34,639 nucleotides of DNA, taken from NCBI GenBank assembly GCA_032718475.1, contig JAUCBJ010004604.1, positions 1 through 34,639 on the forward strand, written 5' to 3'. Below the pieces are notes generated by a model that saw only the letters and a list, made by a program, of their open reading frames with translations, searched no databases and was not told where the DNA came from. Source of the DNA: Nemertoderma westbladi. Taxonomy: Eukaryota > Animalia > Xenacoelomorpha. The number at the start of each line of letters is the position of its first letter. Positions within the stretch are counted from its first letter, which is position 1. A program made the position numbers and the translations under genes. Of this stretch, positions 1 to 11,567 are shown in pieces.

Positions 1-115
1 TGGCCTTGAAGATGCGGATGATCTAGCAAATGTCATGAGTGATAGGGAGTTGTGGCGGTGCAATTTTTCGACAAGCCGGCACAGCGTTCTTAAAATATAG
101 TAGTAGTACTAGTAG
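1..115 (+). mobile_element. 3' end of an RTE-type LINE (same family as 19543-21984) with (TAG)n tail
   Basis: 1-95 nearly matches the reverse complement of ~19591-19686 (encodes ...GLEDADDLANVMSDRELWRC...); followed by tagtagtagtactagtag. Confidence 0.9.
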
Positions 116-249
116 GCCTATATAATATATATGTATCGCACAGCATAGAACAGAATGAGTCCTCCATGTATATCAGTACAGTACTGGTACCAGTAGAGTA
201 CTTATATACTGTAGATAGATTTATATTTCACTATATTTGTATAATTTAG

Positions 250-371
250 GTTTTCATTTGCTGGAGATATCGCAAAGGGTATGGAATATTTACATTCTAA
301 AGGCATAGTACATGGGAAGCTCAAGAGTTCCAATTGTGTGGTTGATGCAAGATGGTTGGTTAAGGTAACAG
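250..371 (+). CDS. Internal exon of a receptor (membrane) guanylyl cyclase, kinase-homology domain (NPR-like)
   Basis: Acceptor tttag| before 250 and donor |gtaagt at 372. Translates [40 protein letters not shown](D). [12 protein letters not shown] in place of the kinase HRD motif is characteristic of receptor GC pseudokinase domains. Not in the ORF track because it is a spliced exon. Confidence 0.88.
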
Positions 372-384
372 GTAAGTAACTACA

Positions 385-1022
385 TTGGATAAGTACAAGT
401 ACTTTGAAATATTCAAATCAATGGATGGAAGAAGATCAGTCGTCCGATTCACTATACAAGAATATAATAATAGCCCACCCACAAGTAATCAGCAAAGAGG
501 TCAAAGGCATTACCCCAGAAACCCCTACAAAAACAGAGAGAGGGTACTTGTAAGAGATAATATATCAAGTAAACACTGTTCAACCAATAACCAACAATCG
601 AAAATTACGAATTTTACAACAAAAATATTTCAGACCAACACAAAATGAGATATCTACTGGTATATACTGTATCAACAGCTAACAAAGTGACAAATCAATG
701 ATTATTATCGATGACCCAGTATACGGGGATTTACTACCAAGTAACAATAAACTGAAGCAAGAAAAGAAGAAGGAAGAAAACAAAGATAAGAAACAAGATG
801 ACAGTGAATCAGCAATACATGTAGATAGTAGTGTGAATGAGACTCGACCAGAGAGAGAGGACGACAGTAAAATATGCCGAAAGCATTATTCAGAACCTAT
901 TATTTTCATGCCGGTTGCTATTTACACCCAAAAACAGTCAGCCATACGCTGAAAGAATAGAGGAAGACATGGTATACAGAATCCCGCCCGATCTGTATAG
1001 TGTTTATGTTTGTATGAATTAA
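385..1022 (+). pseudogene. Possible highly decayed Penelope-like retroelement fragment (RT C-terminus/linker before GIY-YIG)
   Basis: Faint peptide echoes across frames (DKYKYF...RRSVVR, SKICRKH...IIFMP, LFTPK...MVYRIP) resemble Penelope RSVVR...ICRKH...VVYRIP segments. No catalytic motif seen. Confidence 0.25.
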
Positions 1023-1067
1023 CATCTTCTTGTTATCTCAACTTGTAATAGTTTAAACAGATTTTTT

Positions 1068-1650
1068 TTTAAACAGATCAAACTTCGTGTTGTAGGTCAA
1101 TATCATTGTTATGTTGTGTTCAGCTAACGTGGGGAAGGCCAAAGATCAACAAAAATTGAAATTTTTAAATTTTTTGTTTGGAGGAGGCGGAGGAGTAGTA
1201 TTTTGAAAAATGGAAATATCGTGAAATGTAATTCCAAGATAATTTGCTTTAAAATTTGAACCTTCCCGCTCAAACCTGAATGTCTGTAGTCTGTTAATCG
1301 GTGAGTAATGATTTGACACTATGGCTTCATACCAATTCAATAAAATTATCAATATGGGGGTTTTCGGGTCGGTGATTTCATTTCTGATGTCAGTTTTAAT
1401 GTTTGGTGGCATCTAATATGTCTGTCTGACAGCATGTCTGTCTGTCTGTCTTCTAAATTTTGACGGACAAACTGATAGACGGAAAGACAGCGATAACTCG
1501 AGAACTAAAAAAGATTTCGCCAAACTGTTTCAAGATTTAAACTCCCCATTAAATTCTGCATCAGATAAATAGAAAACCAAAAATGTGAAAATTTTACCCA
1601 AGGAGGGGGTACCCCCACCCCCCCCCCCCCCCCCTTAATAAATAACATAT
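1068..1650. repeat. Probable non-autonomous interspersed repeat with (GTCT)n core (Helentron/HINE-like?)
   Basis: tgtctgtctg tracts at ~1419-1451, gacggac/gatagacgga motifs, C-run near 1613-1634. Boundaries and class uncertain. Confidence 0.3.
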
Positions 1651-2133
1651 AATATTAACAAACATTTAAAATTGTAATAAAGATAATCAATCTTTCGATA
1701 TTACAGTAAGAGCACTGTATGTCAGTCAGTACTGCAATTTCAGTATGCGTTTTCATACTCTACCTAATATCAGATAGTATTTACTCTAAGATAATAAGAA
1801 CTGTACCGGTAACAATAGCTAATAATTTCTTAAGGGCCACTTAGATCCAACTGACATTAAGGTTATATGTTACGATATATGGCGCTGTGTACTGAAGCAG
1901 CCTTTTATACAGTATAAAGTATTTTAGATAAGTCATAATGATGTACAGCCGTGATTAGATTGGGAGAATAAAATATCCAAGTTTATATATTTCATCCGTT
2001 TTTGTACAGTATGTAGTTTGCACATGTAATTTTATAATAAAATCTTAGTAAATAACATTTATGGTGGCAAACTTTCATAAAACTTTAATACGAATTTGCC
2101 GTTTATCAATATTGAATAAACTAATTGTCTATT

Positions 2134-2753
2134 ATATTAACAAACAATAATTCGAATATAAAAACGCACCAAAACAAGTACAAATATAACCCACCACCAG
2201 CTGATTCAAACTGTTACCTAGCAACAATACAAACAATACAAATTGGTTCAGTACCCATCACCAGTCTGCCACTCTGCCACTGCCAGTACCTAACAAACCC
2301 GCCAGACCTCTAACTTCTAAGCCGTCCCGGGGTCCGAGTCCGCGTTCGCCCACACAATGGACGCGTCCGCCACCGCTGCCCGCACCGGTCTTCTAGCGGC
2401 CAACCGAAACCCACGGAGGCACATCAGGGACGACCGGAGTAAGGCGAAGTTGATGCGTCGCCGCACCCACGCTACCGACTCCGGGTAGGGAACCCGTCGT
2501 TTCTCCGACAGCCTCAATGCCAGCCGCTTCACAAACTGCTTCGCAGCCGGCGCCATGCCCCCGAAAGCGGAAAATATGAGGGGGGTGAAGGTTGAGTGCT
2601 CAACCTCACGGATCCGCTCCTCGTATCTCCGGATCTTCCTCGCCTCGTGATGGAGGTGGGCGGCGTCCAGCGACATCGCTGCGTTGGTGTCCACCAGCGG
2701 GTTGAACACCGACACGTCGATAAACATCTTCTGGAAGCGTCGATAAACATCTT
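2134..2753 (-). mobile_element. 5'-truncated CRE-like non-LTR retrotransposon (restriction-like endonuclease C-terminus + 3' UTR)
   Basis: ORF 2317-2727 (FIDVSVFNP...HEARKIRRYEERIREVEHSTFTPLIFSAFGGM...LLRSSLMCLRG) is typical of metazoan CRE elements. 13-bp TSD CTAATTGTCTATT at 2121-2133 and 2754-2766. GC-rich island in AT-rich DNA. Confidence 0.85.
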
Positions 2754-3124
2754 CTAATTGTCTATTTGTGTTAATTTCCTTTTTTATTTCTCCCTAAATT
2801 GGCTTTATATCGAATTTATGCTTAATGTGCTTTAATAATCGAGAAATTAATGTTATGGCCAGCAACCTATAAGCCCACCGGGACAGATTTCATTACCATA
2901 TATGGTAATAATTTGTAAAATGGGGCGAAAGGGATCACAACCCTAATGGTGGCAGGGTTTGTTGGACCAATGAAACGTTTATTGCGTCATACATATTTCG
3001 TCAGCTATAAATTTGCAGTGCTTCAGTCTCTTATTACCGTTTCCACCTGAATTACCCTGTTTTTTACCTGTCTTCATATACTTTGCAGTATTCTGTATGT
3101 TTTGAATTCTTTACTATTTTTCTT

Positions 3125-3611
3125 TGTGACGGGATCCAAGGGGGATCCCGGTTTATCCAGTTTTAGTTCACGCGTCCCCGCCGTGTATAAAGAGTGAATA
3201 AGTTCGTGCTGTTTGTCGTATATAATATGATATGCAGGTATAGATATAGATATAGATATATTGTCGTATACGGAAGGCGGGATACGGTAACTAAAGTCCC
3301 GGTCCTTCCCTAGCTAAACTATTGTAACCTAATCTAGCACCGGTATTGCACTGAGATAACTGAATTGGTATTATTACTGCCAAGTGGCTATATTGCACGG
3401 TTGGCCTTGTTACTCTACCTAATCGATGCCTTTCCCCCCTCTGATTGGTTGATACCCTTGTTGGCGCCCTTTGGAGTGTTCCCGTTCACTCCACCTATTC
3501 TCTCTGGGTTAGGGGTTTGGCCCCTGACTCTCGTTGTGTGCTTCTCCTTCCCATTCTCATTGGGATGGCACGAGTTGGTTAATTACCCAATCTCGTGGCT
3601 CCCAATATTGC
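3125..3611 (-). mobile_element. Solo LTR related to the LTR at 12645-13153
   Basis: Colinear, diverged match to 12645-13153 from TGTGACGGGATCC to CCCAATATT(G/A)C. No flanking coding sequence; no clean TSD found. Confidence 0.8.
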
Positions 3612-4147
3612 TTATCGGCTTAAACTTTATGGGGTGTTAGCGGGATTGAATAAGCTAACATTCTTTCTTCTAATTATGTAAATCGTTAATGCTGATTCCT
3701 CTGATTACTTCTTGATTACAATTTCGAATAATGATTTCTGCATTGACTCTTGATTTCTATGTAATTGAGATGTGAAAATCCTTACGGGAATTTCCTTTTG
3801 ACTGTCAGACTGTTTGCGAACGCATGCGCCGATACGGTAGCTATTTGTTTTAGCATGGAGGCTAAGGGTACTGGTAGGCGCGGCGGGCGCACCGTGGAAG
3901 TGACGGAGGGAGGTGTGGAGGATCCAATGTGGAGCAACGCTGGCATGGGGCCACAGTTGCGTTTAGACTAATCAGCTAAGGACCGGGGGCCGGTTGTCAT
4001 TACAGTATTTGGGGCACTTTTTCGGAAACGGGGGCATATTTTCAAAAAAATGCAAGTCATTTTTTTGACATATTAATAGTATTGTAGCAACAAAATTATA
4101 ATATTCGTTCTAGAATATATCCTTCATTTGGTTGTTAGCTAGTTGCA

Positions 4148-4397
4148 ATGGCTCAGTTGCAGTTTCCGTCTGTGTCAAATCTGAATAAACGTGAACTAGT
4201 TAAGATTACAAGTAGTACTGTTACCATCTCACTGTTAACCACTCCTTGCATTTCGTTGACTCTGATACGCTGGCCTGTACCAACCACGTTGAGGCCATGT
4301 GGAACATAGCAAAGAGACGAAACAAACGAGAAATGGGAACTTAACGAGTCCTACTAGACACCTACCTCATTGAATTCATGTCGAGGAAAATGGCTGG
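4148..4397 (+). pseudogene. Merlin transposase remnant, left part
   Basis: Putative N-terminus MAQLQFPSVSNLNKRELVKITSS (ATG 4148) joined out of frame to [58 protein letters not shown] (from 4222), matching the Merlin HxTVNHS...FVD...TNxxExxW...YLxEF C-terminal block. Confidence 0.85.
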
Positions 4398-5545
4398 TGT
4401 AACAGCTTTTGCGGACATAACAAGCCATTTTCTCCGCAATGTACCGTGTAGGTGCTTTAGCAGACATAACAAGCCATTTTCTCCGCAATGTGCTGTGTAG
4501 GTGCTTTAGCGGACATAACAAGCCATTTTCTGCCGCAATGCGCCTAATACTCTAAAAGACTGGAAATCAGATGACGAAATCTGTCAGCTGATTTACTGTA
4601 AATGTAGAACCTCTCTTTGTTCGGCTCAACCAATCAGAGCGATTTTCATTTTATGTTGGACAAGGGCCTATGTAAAACCGCGCAATGCATTACGGTCTTT
4701 GTTTACCTTTCTGAGCGAGAGAACTGCTTGGAAATCTTCTGCTACTTCGGTTGTGGAAGTTTCAGACTTTGCCTAAAGATCTGATGGCTTTGATTACGGA
4801 ACGTAAATCAATTATCTGTGCAACTCATACCTGAATAACACATATTAAACTGACTTTTCACCGCATTATTTACTTCTGCTTACTGTCTGTTATTAATTGT
4901 TGTATATTGTTGGATATGTTGTTATATTTGGAGAATACCGATAAATAATCATAAAACCCCCAATCTTCTTGATTACTGAAGGTAAGAGGGACCGGTTACC
5001 TGTAGCAATTGCGACTTACATTATAGTGGTTTTTGTGTGAATTAAATGCTATTTCATAATCCCTACATGTGTCAGTTGCTATCCTCCTTATATATGATCA
5101 AATTCAGTGACGGTCGGCAGATCAGTGTGAAGTATTGTGAAGTCGTGTGCAGTAGTGTGACAGATAATAAAGCATCTCCTAAAGAATGCGCTATTTACGA
5201 AACTCATTAGCCATCTAGTTGTGATTAGTATAAGTCATAACTCTGTTTTTATACTTAAAGCGCCACGTCCTAAAGGAACTGTTAATATTTCCCCGAAAGT
5301 AAATATATTTGTCAGAGATTATATAGTAACGATCAATCGAATAATACAGTAGGTCTACAACGCAATAACGTCAAAGCACCCGAATCCAGTCTCCCTTAAC
5401 CGTGGGTGAATGATCGCGCACAGACTGGCTTTGGCAGATATAACTTCAGTACATAAAATAATTGGTCTAGGCTAAAGTCGATTTATAAACAAGAAGACAA
5501 CTAAATTTGGCAGGTTAAACTGCTAAAGGTCTAAAAGCGCGAACA
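4398..5545 (+). repeat. 5' LTR (1148 bp)
   Basis: TGTAACAGCTTTTG...AAAAGCGCGAACA; ~19-20 substitutions by eye versus 28770-29917; CCAATCAG box near 4630. Confidence 0.95.
4411..4541 (+). repeat. 49-bp tandem repeat (~2.6 copies) at LTR start, also present in the 3' LTR
   Basis: GCGGACATAACAAGCCATTTTCTCCGCAATG... units start at 4411, 4460 and 4509. Confidence 0.9.
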
Positions 5546-8500
5546 ATAATAGATTTTTGTTTGATTGCACATAGGCAATAAATTCAAATGTACCGGTCGG
5601 ACGGTAACCTGTAGGCCTAACTACCTAACCACCCGAACCGGTACTTAACGGTACTAGTATTAATTCGATTGTGATATTGTATATTGGTAGGCTGTTTAAG
5701 AGATTAGGGACTGTACAGTGTACACCCCTTGTTTCTTTTAGAGCTTATTTATTTCTGTCAGTTTTATTTATCTGTAAGTGTAATATTGAGCAGAAGGCGT
5801 GTAAGCCTGCTCAAATTGTACAAATAATTTGTAGGCTGGATTGTTGTCTGACTGTTGTTAAGTCTGAAGCGATTGTAGTGTGTGTAGAGTGTATGTCCGA
5901 TAAAGTACTAGTTAGGAAGGTGGGGGCATCCAGTGCTGTAAGTAAATCCCCCCCGAAAGAATAAGTCGTACTACTCGGTTAGAACGCATACTAACTAACC
6001 ATTTCGGAGTCTGCATATACTGTAGTTTATTTAGGCTTGATAGTAGTCTGCCAGTGTTTGGTCTGTATTTTGTTTGTGTAGTCTGCACGGGTAGCGTAAC
6101 ATTTATTATTCAGAGTTTATGCGAGTATTCGCAACCCACATAACCCCAAGTTTATTCCTACAGTGATTGTGCTTGTTATACATATCGTTATAGTTAAATT
6201 AACCCTGGTACTACATCAGGGCTGCTTGGCGTAGGTAAAGACTGGTGATTTTGTGCTCCGGTCACTCCAGCAGATACCGTGGTTCTTTTAGCTGTTCAAG
6301 TATATTTAACTGCTGTTTATTACGTCCCACTCATCCTTCAATTTGTATACTCTCTTGAGTATCTGTTTTCCCGTGACTAATAATGGGGATGCTAGGCCTA
6401 GGGGATCATATATCCTTGCTATATACGATACATAGCCCCTCTTCGTGTGGATGTCTGCGCCCTCCTGGCTCAGCTGATACTTCAGTTCGTCTGTCTCTCT
6501 GTTCCACACGATTCCCAATGCCTTCTGTTGAGATTCTGTTCTCTTGTTCGCCATGTCCTGCCCTTTGGCTGTTGTGGGATTATCCATGGTCGATTCTGGT
6601 CTTTTGTCCTCTATCGCCTTGATAAATTCTTCCGAACTGGATTGGAATTTGGTCAGGTTAAAGCCGGATCCTTTTAGAATGTCGCGAACCTCGCGCCCTG
6701 TGTCCAGTATCTCCTTAACCGTATTTCCAGACTCCATCCCGTCGTCTACGTAGAAGCCGCGTCAAATCATATCGACGGCCCTAGTGCTGTATCTATCTTC
6801 CTTCCCCTTCACTGTGTCTCTCACTGCCATAGTCGTCGTAAATGAAGACGACTTGGCCCCCATGTTTTGTACTACCATCTTATATGCCGGTATTATCGAC
6901 GGTTCTTCCTCGCCGTTATACCATAAGAAGCACTGACTGTCGCTATCTTCCTCCGTTACACGGACTTGGTTGAACATGCCTTCTATGTCACACGTGAAGG
7001 CGTGTTTCCCATTCCTAAATCTAAGTAGGACCTCTATGCCCGAGTTGTATATGTTTGGACCTTCTAACAGATAGTCGTTTAAGCATTTTCCGTTGGTCTT
7101 TGCCGATGCGTCAACTACCATCCGCAGTTTACCTTTCTTTGGGTCTAAAGCCACGTGGAGTGGCAGGTAATATGTCCTGTCCGTGTTCGGTTCGTCGACC
7201 GGTAACTCCACGGCCCATCCTTTCTCGACGTACTTCTTAATCGTGCTGTGGATGTACTCATTCTTCTCGGGGCTCCGTTTTAGTGTTTGTTTCAGCTTGC
7301 GGAGTCTCGTGAGTACCATCCCTCTATTATCGGCCAGTGGTATCTTCGGTAGTTTCCATACCATTCCTATAGTATACCGCCCCTCATCGCATGTCATCGA
7401 TTCCTCCACGCTTTGTAAAGCCTGCTTGTCTTCTACCGAGGTCCCGACCCTGGTCTCTTTCAGTCCCTCGAAATCTTGTCTGAGCAATCTTTTAAGCTGC
7501 TCCTCTGCTCCCTCATCACCCATTTCCTGCATTGTTCCCGCGAACATGCATCCTGATGTCTCCGACATCCTAAATGGTATCTTGCTCTTGATTGGGCCAC
7601 TCAGCGTCCACCCAAATGGTGTTAATATCGCCACCGGGTCACACTGCTTGTCTTCGCCGAAGACCGTTTGCATTCTTTCATGGGCCGTTGGGCAGTCCAT
7701 TCCTACTATGATGGATACCTTCCTAACGTCCACGTCTGGGATTGAGAAGTCAATGTCGTCCAGGAATTTATATTGCTCGACCTCGATGTTGGTTGGCCGC
7801 CTGGCATTGATATTAATTGACTCTATCACTTGGATGGGGTCGATGGTTGCCCCATAGTCGCATCCCGGTGCCACTGCTGCAATTGCGCACCATCCTGTTC
7901 TCATCTCCAGGATCTCATCTTTGCTAGAGATGGTTGTTACCGCCATTCTGCTTGGCCTCGTTCTCAATCCTATCTCTTCGGCCACCCATTCCTCGACTAA
8001 TGTGAAGGCAGCTCCACTATCAACCAGCATTAGTGTTGTTACTGATCGATTGCCTTCCCCAATCACTCGCACGGGTACTACTCCAAGTAACACCGTTCCT
8101 CTCTTCTTCGCCCCTACTGTGCTCGTTGCCATCGTTTGGCCTCTCCTTTGACCGAACTTTACCGGCTTCTCCTTGCATTCCCTAGCTCTATGTCCACTCA
8201 TCACACATCGCGAGCAGATTTTATTGCTCAACGCATAATCGATCTGATCTTGCCTAGGTAGCGCCTGCCAGTACCTGCAGTTCATGGTTTGATGAAGCGC
8301 ATTTGCGTGTAGCTGGCATTTGCTCTTTGGGTCGTAGCCCTCCTTATACAGCGCATTGCGTATCGCAGCTGCGTTTGTACCAAATTCCCTACTATTCTTA
8401 TTGTTTGGATTCGGCCTACTGGACGTACTGGGGTTATATTTATTCGTGTTGTTATTGTTCCCCTGTCCGTCCCATGGTGTTGTCTTATCTTCGGCTAGCT

Positions 8501-10502
8501 GTGGACTTGCAGTCCCCTGCGTCGCTGCATATGGCAATGATTGCCTGAGCCTCGGTAATGCGTTTAATGTATTGTGCTCTGGTTTCGGTCTATGGTAATC
8601 CGTCTTCGGTCCCTTTCCCAGGCTATCTTCGCTATAGACTGGGTCAGTTATTAGTTCAGCCTCGTAGTTTAAGAAGCTTGACATTTCTTCTAAACGCGGT
8701 TCCACACCCTTCTTGTCTCGAGTGGAGAAAGCGATCTTCCTCCACTTGTTGCGCAGCCAGTTCGGTAGTGCCTGCGCTATCGTGGTGATGTTATTGGACG
8801 CGTTGAGCTCGTATGGCGCGTCTAGCGTCTTCAGCACAATTAGCGCCTTTTCGACTTTGTTAGCGAACGTCTTAATGCTAACGGGATTATCCTGTAGGCC
8901 ACCCGATGTTATGCCTCTCAGTGTCTGTCTGATGATCTTGGCTGGGTGCCCGTATTCCCTGTCCAGTGCCCGCCATGCTGTCGTGAAGCCGCCCTCTATT
9001 CCTTGATATTGCCTCACGATATCGTATGCTGGGCCTCCCGTGTATACTTGCAGATACTTTAGGCACTCCGCCTGCGTCAAGTTTTTTGTTAGTATTTCGT
9101 TACTATACATGCGCCGAAACTGTAGATATTCTTCCGGCCTACTCCCATCGAACTTGAATGGTTCCATGGGTGGTAACTCGATCCTCGTTTTCAACGCATC
9201 GATCAACGTGGCCATCCCCATCGCCTGTGCTTCCAATGGGTTCGATGGATGTTGTATAGTTTCTCCTGTCTGGTGCGGTCCGTCTGTCCTATTTCCACCT
9301 CTCCTTTGACTTGGGTATGTCATCGGGGGTAGCGGCCCCCTCCATATTTCTGTGTCGCACGACCTATTTTCATCCAAGGGTCTCGTTGTTCTTGCTCCTA
9401 TCGGGGTATATTGTTGATATTGTGATGGGGGAATGTCACCCTGTCCCCCCCCCCCCCCCCCCACCGGTATGTTTGGTACTGGGGTTGATGTTAATATGTT
9501 GGGGCCCATACACCTATCCGCAATAATTCCCCCCTCCCCTGGGTATATGTTATGTCCCTGCATGCTGTAGTCATACTGCTGTACTGGTACCGGTATAGGC
9601 CTATCAGCTTCTGGCCTACTTGCTGGTATGTATTCCGCGACTTCCGGGTTTAATCCCGTCATCCGCGCTATCCTATCGCCTACATTGCCTCTGTCAGTAT
9701 GGCCTATGGTATGTGCAGTAAGGCCTACAGTATGTCCTACAGTCTGCATGTGTCGCTCGGGATCGAAGTTTATTCTTCTCGAATAGTCCTCCCCGCAGCT
9801 ACCGCATTCTTGATCGGTAGGTATATTCCGTCGGAAAGTTTCTCTTCGACCTCCCCCCCTCTACTGTTCTCGTCTTCGTACCGGTACATCGCGTACCCCT
9901 CCATCGGCGCGTAATGCGCCTCACCAGGTCGCATCTCTCCAGGGCGACGGCAATCTCCCGGAGTCCGACCCCACTGACTCTCTGTTCTCATCTCAACTAC
10001 CGACGGCTCGCAATCCGTCCTCGCTCTTCTATCGTTCGCGGCGATACTTCTACTACTGTCTTCTCTTCTTCTCCTTTCAGTGGAGTATTCCCGCTCGTGA
10101 GATCTCTCGTCGACCTCCCGGTTAAACCCCACCGTTCTTCTTCCCTCTTCTGATCGGGCTCGACGCTTCGTCCGCCCTCTCACGACATCAACCTGTCTCT
10201 CTCTGCTCGGTCGCACGCCGCTGGGGATACTCGCAATCCCCCTATTGCTTTCCATCGCCGGGTGTTGCGGTTTACCTATTTCGGCCCGCGCATTATCTGC
10301 TGACGGCTGTGGGACACTCTCTGCCCCCCCCCCTTTCGCCGCTAACTCGCTGTTGTGGGGCCCCTGTAGCCCCCCCCCCCCCCCCCCCACTCGCCACATC
10401 TAACTTCGCTATCTCTCACCCCGCTACTATATCCCTCTCCAGTCGACACATCAACCCTACCGCGGTCGGATCTATTCACCCCCGCCTCTTCCTCTCCTAT
10501 TG

Positions 10503-10742
10503 CGTGGCCTACCAGGCCCTCTACTCCCTGCCTACCAACTATGTGGCCTACCAGGCCCTCGCTGGGTCTACCCAACCCAGCCACTCCCTGCCTACCAATT
10601 ACGTGGCCTACCAGGCCCTCTCTGGGTTGGCTCAACCCCGTCTGCTCCGGCCTACCAACTACGTAGCCTACCAGGCCCTCTCTGGGTCCACCCAACCCAG
10701 CCACTCCCTCCCTACTGACTACGTGGCCTACCAGGCCCTCTC
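10503..10742 (-). repeat. 60-bp coding tandem repeat (EGLVGHVxGRxGVAGLxxPx) in the Gag N-terminal extension
   Basis: GT(G/A)GCCTACCAGGCCCTC occurs five times, spaced 39, 60, 60 and 60 bp. Confidence 0.9.
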
Positions 10743-11378
10743 CTGCCTGGCCATACACGCCCGACGTGTTCACGTTAACAGCACCCATATTGGAAACGGA
10801 GTTAATTTGTTCGTTTGAAACAAAATCATTTGAATTATTTTGTAAATTCGGGCTTGGATCATTACTTAAATTATTTGAATTATTATTATTTTCTAAATTT
10901 AAATTATTATTCAGATTATTTTGCACGTTCAAATTGAAATTATTATTTGTATTTAAATTTAAATTACTGCTACTAGGTAAAGTATTATTTGCTGCAATAA
11001 AGGGATTAGGGTTATCCAATACGGTACTATTGATATTAACAACGTCTACTGTAGCGTTATTATTACCCCCCCCCCCCCCCCCCCCCCGCCCGTATGGTCA
11101 CACCAGTCTTGGGTCTGTCGTGCGGTTCCTGTAAGTGGGGTATTAATAAATATATCCACAGCCCCTGGCTCCTCGAAAATACTCGAGCCTGCCCCACTCT
11201 CAGACGCCCCCATTCGCGCCAGTTCCCGCTCGCGCGTATGTATAGCTTTGTACCCTCTAAGCTCACCTTGACGTTTCTCTAGCTCTCCTCGCTCATACTC
11301 CTTTCTTGCCATTCTCTCCCTACACTCCCGTGCGTCCCGCTCGGCCAATTCCAACTCTCTTCTAGCCCCCTCCCTTCG

Positions 11379-11567
11379 TCTCGCCTCACGCTCTCTGCGT
11401 TCGTTTTCCTCTCTCGCCTCGCGTTCTTTGCACTCGTTCTCCTCTCTCGCCTCACGTTCCCTGCGTTCGCTTTCCTCTCTCGCCACACGTTCCTTATGTT
11501 CCGCCTCACGCTCTTTGCGCTCATTTTTCTCTCTCGCTACACGTTCCCTACGTTCCGCCTCACGCTC
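11379..11567 (-). repeat. 33-bp coding repeat giving an R/E-rich coiled coil (REAREENERRE)
   Basis: TCTCGCCTC(A/G)CG recurs every 33 bp; lies in ORF 11046-12557. Confidence 0.8.

Noticed and set aside
1146-1412. 88-aa ORF; likewise 5671-5964 and 25158-25580
   Set aside because: Chance ORFs in repeats or leader sequence with no domain signal.
3462-3470. TGGCGCCC as a tRNA-Lys PBS (also ~13008)
   Set aside because: Inside the LTR, on the wrong strand, and the match stops after 8 nt.
3365-3640. Hydrophobic 91-aa ORF
   Set aside because: Lies within the solo LTR and is not preserved as the same ORF in the other copy.
4411-4541. CRISPR-like repeat array (also 10503-10742)
   Set aside because: The 'spacers' are themselves repeated, the context is a eukaryotic TE, and there are no cas genes.
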